DNA from: Callorhinchus milii
Taxonomy: Eukaryota
DNA: 64,000 nucleotides
Reading direction: 5' to 3'
Assembly: GCF_018977255.1 (NCBI RefSeq)
Contig: NW_024704742.1
Span: 126,792,001 to 126,856,000 of the forward strand
Position 1 is the first letter of the stretch, and each line of letters opens with the position of its first letter. This document shows positions 27,801 through 42,893 of the stretch, piece by piece. Both the position numbers and the translations under genes were made by a program. Below the pieces are notes generated by a model that had not been told where the DNA came from, ran no database searches, and saw nothing but the letters and a program-made list of their open reading frames with translations.

Positions 27801-27934
27801 TGGTTAAGGACTGGAGTATAAGAATTCTTATCCTCTTCAATAATGGAGACAATAAGTGTGATAAGTTTAGGCCAGAAATCCAAATTCTTGATGCTGGGGC
27901 CTTGCTCCTCTGGAGGCAGATCTTGCTTCTTGTT
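27801..27934 (-). CDS. UNC13B: UNC13B MUN exon, 134 nt
   Basis: [44 protein letters not shown]. Confidence 0.96.
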
Positions 27935-28542
27935 CTGTGAAAGAAAAGAAAGACACAAGGATCAAAAAATATGGCAATAAAAAAAGATTAGCAACATAAG
28001 ATAGAGAACTGAAATAAACATTTTCCTAGAAAGTTTTCAGTGGGGAATATATTCAAATACTCAAGGAATAAAAGTAATAATATTATTATTAATGATAGTG
28101 AAGTGCTGGTGCACCATAAAACGTACAGACTGCTCCTAGGAACTCCTTGCTAATGATAATTCTTTGCTTACCATTCATAGTTAGGGTAAGAGAATGGTAC
28201 TGAACCTAAATAATACATATTAAATTTTGTTCAGCTGAAAATACAATCAAATACAGTCAACGCAAAAATGTGAACTTAATTCTTAATGTGTGCAAATTTA
28301 AATTATTTATAACAACAAAATTACACTTTTGTAAAGTGCCTTTCATGTCAGGAGGATTTTACAATTTCTTGTACAATTTCAGCAAAAGTAGAATTTTATT
28401 ATTTGGCAAGATCAAATGCAAAGAGAATACAGGAATTTCTACGAGTCTTCTTTGAATATTGGACAATTCACCTGTCCTTGAACCTTAACACAAAAAAGTA
28501 TTGTTTTTGCATAGTTTTTGAAATAATCTAACAGTCACTCAC

Positions 28543-28677
28543 TGGATCAGTCTGATATTCTCGACTGTACAGTTCATGGCAGTTGTTGAAGATATATTCA
28601 TAGGTGGAATTGAGGCAAGCTTTCACACAGTCCTTTACCACTTGACTGGCTCGAGGTGGGCTCTGCAGCTCTTGCAC
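28543..28677 (-). CDS. UNC13B: UNC13B MUN exon, 135 nt
   Basis: [45 protein letters not shown]. Confidence 0.97.
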
Positions 28678-29584
28678 CTGAACAAATGTGAAACACACAT
28701 GATGATGTGTACAGAGATTATTTGACTTTGTTCCATATTGAAAATTAATATTTGCACAAGATTTGAGAAAGCATAGAAATAAAAGCAAATACAAGATACT
28801 GGTATTCAACATGATCAACGTGACATGCTTTTTTAAATAAAACTCACCTTCTCGTCAATTGAGTACCCAAACAGCAATAGCAATGTTAGACCTGTAAACC
28901 ATGTGCCTGAAGGTACGACATACAAATCAAGCTAAAACTGCAGCTGGGATATTCACATAGCCGCATTCCATTACATCAGTCAAATTATTTTTTTAAAAAT
29001 TGTTTCTATAAAATAATAATCATTGCATTTCATATAGGGCTTTGTCAAAACACCTCAAAGTATGTTAAAGGTAATTGATGGTCAGTAAGGCAACTGTGTA
29101 TTTGTAGATTAACGGGATCTAAGCAGGTGGTGGAACCTTTGTTTAACATCTCTTCCAAAAAGCAGCAACTCCAACAGCGCTCTATCAGCACTGACTACAT
29201 TGCAATGCTGGCCAAGTTTAGGAGCTCATTCTGGTGTTCAGATCTGAGTACAAGCTGAGTGTCTGTTATTCCAACGCATTCACGTCGAATCAACATCTGA
29301 GAATGAAAGTCCTGTGGTTTCCACTGGTGTCAATTGTTTCATTAGCAAACGAGAGGAGAATGGAGGCAATGATCCCCAGCTTTAAAATGATTAGAAAAAT
29401 AAGTCAAGGAGAAGAACAGGCTGTTTGACTAACACGGTGAGAGCAGAAGTGAAGGACGTGGGTTTAAAATTAACACACCTAAAAAGATGAGAGAGCGGAA
29501 TCATTTCTGCTATTGTAAAGTAGTGGATATATGGTGCAAATTCCAGATAAAACAGAAGATTAAGCATCAAATAGCTCCACAATA

Positions 29585-30137
29585 AACAACAACAACAAAA
29601 TTACATTTGTATAGTGCTTTTCATGTCGGGAGGCGCTGGACAGGTTAGAGATTCGGACCCGACCTGGGGGTTGCAATTGAAGGGCTGGCGGGGGAAGCAG
29701 GGTGATCAAAAGCACAGTCGAAGAGGAGGGTCTTAAGATGTGTCTTGAAGAAGGCAAAGGAGGAGGCAAGGCGGAGGAACTGTGAGATGGAGTTCCAGAG
29801 GGTGGGCTGCATGGCAGCAGGCCCGTCCGCCAATGGTGGGGCGGGCGAGGTGGGGGATGTGAAGCAGGCCGGAGCCCACTGAGTGGAGGGAGCGAGCAGG
29901 ATTGTAGGGAATTAGGCAGTCACAGAGGTAGGGGGGAGCAAGACCATGGAGGGCTTTGAAGGTGAAGACCAGGTTCTCGAACTGTACCCTCTGTGTGATG
30001 GGAAGCCAGTGGAATCAGGCAAGAATGGGGGTTATAGGGTCACAGAGCCTCGTGCGTGAGAGGACATGGGCTGCAGAGTTCTGGATGATCTGCAGCCTAT
30101 GGAGGGAGGAGTTGGGGAGGCCGACAAGCAAGGAGTT
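29585..30137 (-). mobile_element. L2-type LINE 3' fragment
   Basis: Same family as 10797 and 38600; (GTT)n tail. Confidence 0.85.
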
Positions 30138-30610
30138 ATAAAATAAAAAATTGGACCTTTCCCTCAAGGAGATAATAGTTGTTTTTTGGTGGAGTGGAAT
30201 ACAGATTGAAAAGTCTTTTTTGCGTCTGTGGAAGAAGCTTCAAGCTTCAAAATGGCTTTTTTCATTCAGTGCTGTTTTCTCCAGATATAACATTTGATAT
30301 TAAATAAAAGTTTATCATTTATTTCCAACTAATCAACCCTCTTTGAACCATTAATTTAGATGTGAGAGGCCTTATCCTCATCTGCACCAAACTGTACTCC
30401 CATCACCCCAGTCTTTGCCAGGCTCCACTGGCTCCCTATTATAGAACGGATCGATTTCAAGATAATCACATGTACAAATCACTTCATACCCTGGCATCTC
30501 CAAACCTCTCCGACCTGCTTACTCCCCACTCCAATATCCGCCATCTTCACTCAGCTGGCTCTGGCATCCTGCACCGTCCCTCTTCCCTTCCGCTCCACTA
30601 TCGGCGGTCA

Positions 30611-30790
<180 letters not shown>

Positions 30791-31894
30791 TCAATTTCTG
30801 AAAATGAATACTCTGGGAATTACAAAGAAGGTTCGACAGAATTGACAAGTTATTCAATTTTCTATCAATGATATTGGCTTGAACTACAAATTCTAAGCAG
30901 CTGAAACTATAGGCTCCGAAACCTGTTTGTCAGGTTCCTGGTTGACAAAAACAACTGCGAAAAGAACTCATTAAAATCAGATTGTGTTAAGGTGAATTAA
31001 ACTTTGATTTGGGGAAGGAAAACAAACTCAAAAGGCATGAAACAGTTTAAAATAAATTTAAACTCCCTCATCCAATTAGCTTTCACTTAATTCCTTACAT
31101 GAATTACTCCATTTACCTGAGGAGCAATTTAAAAATATTCATGTCTCCAAAATATTACTGGATTAAAAATATTATCTATATTCATGCCTAAAATTATTTT
31201 GCTCGCTTCTTGCCTGGAAATCTTACACAATGACATACTGATTTTAATATTCATCAGCTAAAAATAACTGCAATTAAGAGTCAATTCAAGAAAATAATTC
31301 CAAATTCATTATGGAAATTACTCTTAAATGCCCTTTACCACTGAAACCATAAACATCTACCTGTAACTGCACTGTTTTCATCTAATAATACATCAATGAG
31401 AATCACACATTGACCCACATTTATCATTCCAAAATGTAAAATGAAGAAAGCAACAAAGTGATCCAACAAGGGACTTCTTTCTAACACATTAACTCGCTAG
31501 ATATAAGAAAATGCTCATACAAAAACAGAATGAACATTTAAAGCTATGGGCCTTGGTTTTTTTTGAACAACTAATTTAATGAAGGTGTTAGATAGTATCT
31601 TAACTTGGAGACAACTGCAACAAGGATAAATATCTCATGATTAGTTGTTCTCTGTGTAAAGACATAAAGACTTCATTCCCAGGATCAGGAAAGTCAGAGA
31701 GTCCTATAGTCAAAAGCATGTTCCAGGAACCTGTAAATTGTTCAGTGCAGCACAACCATTTTTACTACATGTTCCCTTGTTACTTTAGAACATCTACTTC
31801 CTGTGCACTGCCTCTCACAACCACTCAGATTTTCTCAATTCCCTGTAGAAGCAAAGGTCCACTTTTTATGGGAATTGTATCCCATGGATACAAG

Positions 31895-32270
31895 AGACAA
31901 ACAGAGAGAACTGCTTCGCTCTGCACGTCTGCAACAGGGAGAACAAAGTGAGCGATGGGTAAGAGTGTGAGCGAGTCTGAATGTAACAGAGGTAATGGAG
32001 AGGTAAAACAGAGAGTGAGAGAATGACAAAAGGGATAGAGGTTAAAGAGTGAGAGGGAGTTAGTTTGTGGGTATGTGAGTGGAAAGAGAGAGAGAGAGAG
32101 AGAGAGACGCAAGACAGTGAGAAAGAATGTGAATGATTAACTGAGGAAAGAGACAAAAAGGTAAGTGAGTTATAGGATAGAGTGAGAGTGAATAAGATTT
32201 AGTATGAGCACTAATGAAGAGATAGAGAGAAAGTGGTTCAGTGAGAGGGAAGAGGAAGATAAGTATGAAT
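31895..32270 (+). repeat. Purine-rich degenerate (GA)n/(GAGT)n low-complexity tract
   Basis: gagagagagagagagagaga core near 32086-32107 with degenerate flanks. Confidence 0.85.
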
Positions 32271-32561
32271 GAACTCTCAACCTATTGCTCAGTCTCCCTG
32301 ATTGGTGTCTGGCACCAATTGTATAAAGTGATCCGACACATTACTCTGCATTAAGGACACAAATATAAATCCAAGTTGTTGTTCTGATGGGAAAGAACAA
32401 GCGATATGAGAGACAGTGTTGAAATGACAGGGTCAAGAATCCCAGAGAAAGAATGACAGAGAGCCACTGTCCTCATTAACAAATCCAATTGATTTCATAA
32501 TTGAACATCGTGAACTTTGTAAAATGTTACTAAGTCCTATTTTTTCTCCTGACAACCTCTC

Positions 32562-33250
32562 TTGAGGAGGATAAGGGGTGACCTGATAGAAGTCTTTAAA
32601 ATTATGAAAGATTTTGATAGGGTAGACATAAGAAAGATGTTTCCACTGGTGGGGGAGACCAAAACCAGGGGCCATCAATCTAAAATAGTCACAAATAGAT
32701 CAAATAGGGAAATTAAAAGAAATGTCTTCACACACATAGTGGGAATGTGGAACGTGCTACCACAAGGAGTTGTTGAGGCAAATAGCATAGATGTATTTAA
32801 GGGAAAGCTGGATAGGTACATGAGGGAGAAAGGAATAGAAGGTTATGCTTGAAGGCTTAGTTGAGGAAGGGCAGGAGGAGGGTCATGTGGAACATAAACA
32901 CCGGCATAGACCAGTTATAATAATAATAATAATATAATAATAATCCTTGCATTTGATATAGCGCTTTTCACGTCGGGAGGACGTCCCAAAGCGCTTCACA
33001 GAACACACTGTAAAGTGAATTGACTATATATTTGTGGGCAAACGCGGCAGCCAATTGCGCACAGCAATGTCCCACAAACAGTCATAGATTGAAAATGACC
33101 AATTTATTATTGTTTTGTTTTTTGGAGGGATTATTATTAGGCGTGTGGAGTAAGGAAACTTGCCCAAGGTTTCGCCCTCTGCCTGTTGTCTTTTTTTGTC
33201 TGTTGTGTGTGAAGACAGTTGGGCCGAATGGCCTGTTTCTGTGCTGTATA
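32562..33250 (+). mobile_element. CR1-type LINE 3' fragment split by a SINE
   Basis: RIRGDLIEVFKIMK...WNVLP...FKGKLD. Confidence 0.88.
32917..33183 (-). mobile_element. Same SINE family, 5'-truncated, inside a CR1 3' UTR
   Basis: Body near-identical to the 11585 copy; CR1 tail resumes at about 33216 (cagttgggccgaatggcc). Confidence 0.88.
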
Positions 33251-33658
33251 TTCTAATATATTCTAACCAATGCCCATTTACATTCTCCACAGTAGTTGAG
33301 AAGTGCAGTTTAGGTAACAGTCAGCCAACTATTATCTTAAAGATCCTGGGAGTTTACGTGCACCAGAAGTTACATTTTAAATCTAATTATTTGCCTTTGT
33401 GTGTGTTGTCAAAAGCTTACGAATAAAATTCCAGTGGTTTATATATGTGAGCACACAGTGACTACTGTAAAGGTTTGGGATTTTTAATTTCACAATTATA
33501 GGAGGAATGATCAACTCAGTAGTCCAGTGATTAATGACAATGCAGAGACTGAAGATATGCAATATTATCCAGTACCGTGTCACATCCAATATCTTCACCT
33601 TCTACATAACCTAACATTGTAAGGTTTGGCAGGCAGCACATTACTGAGAAAATTACTA

Positions 33659-33823
<165 letters not shown>

Positions 33824-34845
33824 TCAGAACCACACCTGTGCAAGTATAGAAAACTGAAAATGCTTTCCATTAGCCATCACCTACAAAGCACAGTATGAAA
33901 AATACTCTTCTGGCTGACATAGCAATTTCTGCATGATATATCTGGGATCTAATGACTCTCTATTGCCTTCCTTATCTTACTCATATTTTTTCTCCTCGGT
34001 TGAGAATAATAATTATTTTCATGGCTCACAGTAGTTGAAGGAAAGAAACACAATTCCAAGTTAATGGTGTTGAAAGAAGTGCATTGACACGAAAAACTTA
34101 GCATAAATGCCACAATCTCGGGTAGGAGTAGAGTTCTTGCAGACAATGTGATGTACATGAGTTGGGAGTTGCATGAGACATTACAACATCACCAGAAGCT
34201 TTTCTCCAGCAATCGTGCTATTTTTCCATTTGAGCATTTTTCTCAACCTCAACATCTTCACTATCCGATTTAATGATAATATTAATAATCCTTGCATTTG
34301 ATATAGCGCCTTATCACGTCTTCCGAGACATCTCAAAGTGCTTCACAGAATCTACTGTACAGTGAATTGACTGTATATTTTCTGGACGAAATGATGGGAG
34401 ATATGGATACTTCCATCTTCCTTGTCATAATGATTCTTCAGATTTTAATAGAAGCTGTGAGAAACGTTTTGGAAACTTTCATTACCTTATATCTTATTCT
34501 GATACTAAATAGTGTCTTTATTAAAGTCTTCAGCATTTGGTAGCTGTGGGAGTCGTATGACAATTTAAAACAGTTCAAATCAGTGCAATGCATCCACAGC
34601 AAATGAGAAAGTGGTCACAATTAACAAATTAACAGTATGAACAAGTTTGGGAAAGAGAGAACAGGGGAACCCCATTATAACACACCATCTTGGCACTGGT
34701 GTCCTAATGAGCACCAGTAGGAAAATGGAAGCCTTCTATGGCTTCCTTTTTTGTTAAAATGTCTATTGTTCTGTGTGAACAAAGAGAATTTCATTCAGGA
34801 GAGGAGAAAGGGTATAAATTGATGACAAAAAAAGACAAACATTTA

Positions 34846-35046
<201 letters not shown>

Positions 35047-35164
35047 TTATCTAGTAAACATGCACATGTGCAACAGAAATAGACAAGAATTTGAATGTAT
35101 CGATCTTTTTAATCACATTTAATAAAGCGTGAACCTTTGTGCTGAATTTAATCTTAATAGAGCA

Positions 35165-36050
35165 ACAATTCACATTTCTATAGCACATTTCATTTTACAA
35201 CTTTGTCTCTGAGTGTTTCACACAGCTGACTGGGAGCCCAAGCTGGATAGATAGTGTTATGGCAAGTTGTGAAGATGGAGAGGAAGGGGTCCAGGTAGAG
35301 ATACTGTGGGGCAGAATGCTCACTAGCCGATGATGAGGCAGAACGGGTGGGCGAATGAAGCAGGTTGATGTTTGCCGAGTGGAGCGAGCTGTTAAGGCAG
35401 GTTACAGAGGTAAGGTCAAAGCTGTGGAGGAATTTGAAAGAGAGGACAAGGATCTTTGATCCGCTGGAAGTTGAGTGAGGATGGGGAAATGGACTAGCCA
35501 AGCCTGGTGTGGAAGAGGTCACAGATTGCAGACTTCTAGATGGTTTGCAACTTGTGTAGGGAGGAGCTGGGGAGTCCAGTGAGCAAGGCATTGGAATAGT
35601 AATCCTTGCATTAATAAATGGAATAATCAATCATGGACATTATGAAAGTGTGAATGAGGTTATCAGCAGCTGAGGGGAGAGACAGTGATGGAGGCAGGCC
35701 TGGTGTGGAAAGGCTAGCAACTGAGAGTCCAGATGAGGACTCACACTTGCTAAAATTTGGGAACAGGACACTGAGGTTCTGCACAGCCATGAGAGGTGGA
35801 GTGAGCATCTGTGCAGGATGATGAGGTGGCACCTACTGTGAGAAGGCAATGATGGGAATCAAGCAGGAAAGCCTTGGTCTTGTTGACATTTTGCTGGTGC
35901 AACTTGGAAGACATCCAGGATTTGATATCTGACAGTCAGTCAGAACAGCATTGTTCCCGGAATTAAAGGTAGAGTGATAGAATTGGGTGTCATTCATGTA
36001 CATGTTGAAGTGGACTCCATATCTCCGGATCAAGTTCACAAGCAGCAGGA
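35165..36050 (-). mobile_element. Degraded L2-type LINE
   Basis: IRRYGVHFNMYMNDTQFY remnant of the RT YADD region. Confidence 0.7.
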
Positions 36051-36783
36051 AAGTTTGCTCAACAACCATATCAATGGCAAGCTATGCAGGTTAAGCTGGT
36101 TAGAATCCAGCAGTACCCCAATGCACATATTCAAGTCCTCAAGCCTTGGCTCTTGCCAATCCTTGCCTAATACTTTTCGGAATTAGGTAAGCAGGTTGCG
36201 CTCTTCCAGGGTAAAGGTGAGCATTCTATTCCAACAATCTATCTCTGGAATTTCCATACAGAGGTGGGATGTGTGGAATTCTCAGTTAGGTTTGGATACT
36301 CTTAAGCATGGTGATGGGTTTCCACATGTGTCAGACACTCGGTTGACCCAAAAAAGCTTTTAATTTAGCTGCCTCCATTTGAGGCAACTACTTTTAACAT
36401 ATTGCATGTTCTTTTGCCAATTAACAATCGGCACCCTTGATAGCAGTCATCTCCCAAACGAAAATTGCTCAGGTACATTGAAAAAAAAGTTGATAGCATT
36501 GAATTTGTGATATTTGCTGCCCTGCTCATCTCTAACATGTGTAATCAATCTCAGTTCTCTAGAAGCTACTCTATCTGTCAAAACACAGCCTAAACATATA
36601 ATGTACTATATGTACTGAATCACCAGCCCTCATTTCAGATTGGTATTACATTTTTTTTTAAAAATAAAAAATAGATTCCCTTTCTTCTATTGGTGTGATT
36701 GATTAAAAAAATAAATGCTCAGGTTTTGTTTGTCCCACAATTTATTACTTCTCTTCTTAATCATTTTTTCCTTTTAAACTCAC

Positions 36784-36947
36784 GTCATTGCCTGATAAAT
36801 GGATTCAATGCCATAACGCATGGCAAACTCATCCACTATTTCTTGTGCGGTCTCGTCAAAGTAAACCTTCCAAGCGTCGTCTCCTTTAGCTTCTGGTATT
36901 TTCACAACACCATTACTCAGAAGGTCTGTGAGACAGTGGAAAAGATT
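36784..36947 (-). CDS. UNC13B: UNC13B exon, start of MUN region, 164 nt
   Basis: NLFHCLTD...[30 protein letters not shown]; gtgagt donor. Confidence 0.97.
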
Positions 36948-37360
36948 CTGCAAAATAACAGTCATAGGCTTAGCATTCCAGAAAATATCCAACAGTATAA
37001 TCAGTATCAAAGTACAAGACCGCACCAAGCTTTTATTTAAACAGATGGCTGTTCCACACGGAAATTCACCCCTATCTCCTGGTATTTTGCTGAAATTCCC
37101 AAACCACGATACTGGAATCTGATAAGTTTTCAGACTAAAGCCAATTTCAAAAGGCAGCTTGTATATCCAGGTGTTCACCATAATACGTGGTGATAATGTT
37201 GGGGTCTAAACTGTGAGAATCACTGAATCATAAAAAATTATGGTACCGAAGGAGGACATTCAGCCCATCAAGTCTGTAGCAGAGCAAACTGTTCATTGGA
37301 TTACTGCAATGTAATGTACTGATAATCATCCAGTACTCTATTCCGGTCCAACGTCATTCA

Positions 37361-37522
<162 letters not shown>

Positions 37523-38036
37523 TCAGTTTGCCTTGTCTTACCCGACACTTGAAGCAGTGGATAATTTATCACACAGCACAGAACAAACAAAGCTCAAAGC
37601 AAAGTTTTAATTTTTACATGCAATTCACTCCCAGTCGAACAACTAAAATAAAAAAAGTTTTTTTGGGGGGGAGTTTAAAAAATAATAGAAGACCAAAGAA
37701 TGCAATGTGTATCTACAACAGTTGTCCATTTAAATGATTAATGTATTACTTGTTTTATGCTATTTGCAATGTTCATTCTGTAGACATTGAGAAAATTAAT
37801 TATTCTGTGGAAAACATTTACCAGACTGAGTGGCAATATTCACATCCATTCTGTTTTCTTACATTGCACGTTTTTTTGCAGTAGCTACTACAACTATATT
37901 TACAAATTATTAATTTTCTAACATTAAAAAAGAGCGTTTGCCAAGATGCAATGAGGAAATGTCTGAAAAAATGGTGGCCAACCTGGACAATGGACTGAAG
38001 GTGAAATCGATCGAATGAATAAATATTATCCTTTTA

Positions 38037-38246
<210 letters not shown>

Positions 38247-38599
38247 TTACACAGAAAACAACACAGCACAATTTATTTACAAAACCTGAAAAGTTCCATT
38301 TATAGTTGATTGTACTGAAGTCTGAAAGGACTTTCTGCAAAATTCCCTTTTGTTCTCTACCTTGGACTGAGAACAATTATAATTACAAGCCTTGAGAGTG
38401 GTTAAGATCTGGAAATGCACTGCCTGAAAGCGTGATGGAAGCAGATTTGATTGAAGCTTCCAAAAGAGAATTGGATAGCTACTTAAAAAGGAAAAATTTG
38501 CAGCGATATGGGGTAAAAGCAGGGGAGTGGGACTAGTTGGATGGCTCTTTCAAAGAACCGACACAGCATGACGGGCGGAATGGCCTCTTTCTGTGCTGT

Positions 38600-39535
38600 A
38601 ACAACAACAAATTTACATTTATAGAGCGCCTTTCACGTCGGGAGGACGTCCCAAAGCGCTGAACCGTCAGATGTCGGGGCCCGAGCATGGAGGAGTGGTG
38701 TAGGGGTGAGGGAAGGCAGAGAGGTGGGAGGGAGACCAAAGGCACGGTCAAAGAGAAGGGTCTTGAGACCGGCCTTGAAGGAGGCAAGGGAAGAAGTGAA
38801 ACGAAGGGACCGTGGGATGGAGCTCCAGAGTGTGGGGGCAGGGAGGCTGAAAGCCCAGCCACCGATGGCAGGGTGGATCGGGCGGGAGACATGGAGCAGG
38901 CCGGAGCCTGATGAGCGGAGGGAGCGGGCAGGTTGGTAGGGAGTCAGCAGGTCAGAGAGGTAGGAGGGGGCAAGGCCATGGATGGCCTTAAAGGTGAGGA
39001 CGAGGATCTTGAACTCGATCCTCTGGGGGATGGGGAGCCAGTGGAGTCAGGTGAGGGTGGGAGTAATGGGGTCGCGGAGCCTGGTGCATGAGAGTACACG
39101 AGCTGCAGAGTTTTGGATGATCTGCAGTTTGTGAAGGAAAGAGTTTGAAAGGCCGATGAGGAGGGAGTTCCCGTAATCAAGCCTGGAGGTGACGAATGCA
39201 TGGGTGAGGGTTTTGGCAGCCTGAGGGGTGAGGCAGTGGCGGAGTCTGGCAATGTTGCGGAGGTGGTGGTAGGCAGTGCCGGTCATGGCGCGGTTGTGGG
39301 GGAGAAAGGACAGTTCAGGGTCAAACAAGACACCCAGGTTCCTGACTGGCTTAGTGAGGTTGAGTGTGCAGCCATAGAGGCTGATGCTGCCAGCGCCTGA
39401 GGTGCGGAGGCGCTGGCGCGAGCCAATCAGGAAGGCCTCGGTCTTGCTGACGTTGAGTTGGAGAAAGTTGGCCCTCGTCCAGGACTTGATATCGGACAGG
39501 CAGTCGGTCAGGACCTCAGTTGTCCTGGAGTTCAG
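38600..39535 (-). mobile_element. L2-type LINE 3' fragment, young
   Basis: FDPELSFLPH...HLRNIARLR...TSRLDYGNSLL...IQNSAARVL. Confidence 0.92.
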
Positions 39536-41199
39536 GAAAGATTCTATAAGATTCTATGTGGTGAGGAAGTGAGCAATCGCATTCTCCTTCAGTCTGTTCT
39601 GCCTCTGGAAGAGAGTACTTTATGTTTACTCTCAGAACGAGATATCGTGATGACAACAAGTGAATACTGACGCAATTCAAAATGACCTATGCCAATTAGA
39701 TGGATGAGATAAAGAATGACAGATAGATTTTAAAGGCCATAAATGTAGTAATTTACATTGGAATAGAAAAGATGAAAAATCTCACTACAAACTCCCAGCA
39801 CCGAAGAGGATAAATGTAGCGACCAGCAAACAATCACTTGTGCCGTATGTTGTGAAGTGACCAATAAATGGCAGAGGGAAGAAATTAAAACAAAATGCTT
39901 CACAAATCAAACAGTGCCTGATGCAAGTAGACAGGTAATGAAGGGGAGAATTAGTGGCTGATATTTAAACCAAAAACAAGCAAGACCTGTGAGTCATTTA
40001 TACCGAGACTTAAAATGACAAATTTAAACAAAAATGGGAATCTTCACACTGAACTCAAGATGTCAAAGTGATTTATTAGGCTCAAATAAGAATGGAGCAC
40101 ATTATTCAGTCCAAAGGTGGCTGTGGGAGAGTCTGAGAAAAACATCCGCTCTGCTGCTGTGTGGCAGGCTGAGCACATTTGTTCCAGACAGGAAGAATAG
40201 CATTAAAATTAGATGCTATAACACAGTGATGACTATCAACATTATGTTGTATAATGTGACACTGATTACAAAGAAAAAATAGTTTGACTCAATCATGCAC
40301 ATTAACTGTATTCTGCTGGCCTATTTTTAAAATGTAAGATCACTAAAATAGGCGTTAAGCTTCCAGCATCAAAGTAAACACAAGCTGACACTAGTAATAG
40401 GTCATGCCCACATCCAGAAAGCACGGAGAATGAAAAGCTAATGTTGTGCTTGATACAATCTGTAAAATCTCACTTCAAGAATTACATTAAAACCCAGAGA
40501 AAATGTGAATTGATCTCTGTGATTTGATGCACAGATTTTTTCTCCCTCTTTGCAATATCTTCCCTTTCCCTGCTAAAGGTACTGAGGGATTTAAGTGGGT
40601 ACCACATGGTTTAGAAAGAAGGAATTTTCATTTATCGTTGTGAATTATCATACTGAAATACCTCAAAATGCCTCACATGGAATTAGCTATCTATAGTCAA
40701 CTGCCCTTAGGTGAAAGCCAAATTTAACTGGAGGATTGTTGGTCAGCATATTCGGAGAAATGTCTTTCTCTTTTTGTGTACATCTTGGGATCTTTAACTC
40801 CGGCATAAGTTAAACTAACTTCAGAAATTTCATCCAAGGGGCCATTTGTCATGGATGTTGATATTAAGAAATGGAGGAACATTCAACACAATGGAGCACC
40901 ACAGCCAAGCCCAAGACTGTTCTCATCCGATATGCATAAATATCCAGCAGGGATCATTGCATTGCCCTACACAGTACTGGGATGTTGAGATTAATTGCAG
41001 CTATAAAGCTGAGTGGATCAGGAGAGACAGATTTCTTATAAAGGAAAGTGTGATGTTAAATACATAATTATATCAATGCATTCCTCATCATCAAACATGA
41101 AAGCCCAGCTAATCTGAACAGGCTACAATGAACAAACAAAAATATGTTGAATCTGATTCTCCTCCAAGTATGAGAAAAAACAGTCAACAGGAAACTTAC

Positions 41200-41341
41200 A
41201 AATAAAATTTCTCCTCCCAGACAGGGTTCAGATTCCCGTAGATAGTCTTTGTTCGCTTCTTGGTTTTGCCAACCTGAACAGTGACATATGGGTCGCTGGA
41301 GCCAGTTTTATCCTTGGCTTGAAGTCCCTGTGCACACACCA
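41200..41341 (-). CDS. UNC13B: UNC13B exon, C2B domain part 1, 142 nt
   Basis: [47 protein letters not shown]; gtaagt donor. Confidence 0.98.
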
Positions 41342-42665
41342 CTGCAGACAAGATTGAACACCACACTTCAATATTTAAAATCACTAGGAGGCTTTGCTGC
41401 ACCAAAGTTCTCAGTACTGGCAGTTTCTTTTTCACCACATTCATTACTGTGTCAGTAACAATAAATACGTCTTAGTCTCCATAAATACTGGTCACATAAA
41501 TGGTGACAATGTAATGAAAACTACTAAGTACCAAGATACTATTCGATAGATCTCACATAGGAAAACAAGTCACTAAAGAAGGTGATTGAAAACAGTCAAA
41601 AAATTTGATCTTTAGTCAGGCTTTGAAGAAATGAAGATAGGGGGAAAAGTGGAGGGACTCTGGCAAGGAGTTCCAGAGAATGGGGCAGAAAGGCTGATTG
41701 CTCACTCTCTGAAGTTGGGTGGGTCGGGTGTGGGACGTGAAACAGGCCAGTGTTTGTTGAGTGGAAGGAGCAGCTGGCAGTAAAGTTGCAGGTTACAGAG
41801 GTAGGGTGGGATAAATTAAAAAACTAAATAATCCTTCTTTTTGAGTTTCCCCTTTCATGTTAGGAGGGTGTCTGAAAGCACTTCTCAGGATTTACTATAA
41901 AGTGTAGTGTCTGTATTCTGTAAGCAATCAGCTTTACTAGAGACAGAGTCACGCTCTACTCTGCAAAGTGAGGGAGGCCACTGAATTTGGATATTTAAGC
42001 GTAACATTCCTGAAATCTAACAATGAAGAATGCGTTAGTGTTATGTAACACTTTAAAGTGCCAACAAGATCTTTCTGTAACAGAGAGCACTTTGTGCCAA
42101 GTGAGTCATGGGCTGCAAGCATCAACCAGTTCCATGACAATTTGTGAAGTTGTAGCATATTTGTGTATCTGTACTAACTTGAAACTAGGTTGCAAGATTT
42201 TAATGATAATGGTGAAAACTCTGAAGGAAGAGGCTTCACATAAAGCAAATAGCCTGAATAAAATGAAACAGATGACAGATGAGTTGAATAATAATTGGTC
42301 TGCACTTGTAGTATCAATTAGAATGTTGTGAAGGCATTGAGTGTGATATTTGTTTTGTTTATATGGTGTACAGATTTTGTTCCTTGCAAGTGGCATAACT
42401 ATTCTAACTGGAGAACTAACTTAAATGGAAAAAATTATGTAGATACTTTTGAATCTTCCTTTGAAATGACTGACATTTTAGTGTATCAGTGATCAAGATC
42501 CCTAACATTTTCCAGTTTATAAAAAAACACAGATAATGTGGACATAATTTTAAGAAGAATAATCCTTGCATTTGATACAAATGCCTTGTTACATCTTCGA
42601 GATGTCTCAAAGCACCTCACAGAATATACTGTAAAGTGAATTGACTGTATATTTTTGCCCTGTAC

Positions 42666-42893
42666 CTGTTATAGTAATCTTTGCTGACCACTTGGATGTT
42701 CCCTCAAGTACACTCTGTTTGATTGTCTTCATCTGTTGTGCATGTGCCACCTTGGTCACTCCAAAAACATCCCGGATCAGCTCAAAGATTTCTGGCTTGT
42801 TGCGTTCTCGGATTTTCATTCTGTCTTTCATCGCCATAATGATGTTTTGTGTCCGATCTTCTGCCCCATGTTTAGAGCTCTTCTCTGCGGCTC
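42666..42893 (-). CDS. UNC13B: UNC13B exon, C1-C2B linker, 228 nt
   Basis: (R)[26 protein letters not shown]...[10 protein letters not shown]; phase 1 to 1. Confidence 0.97.
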
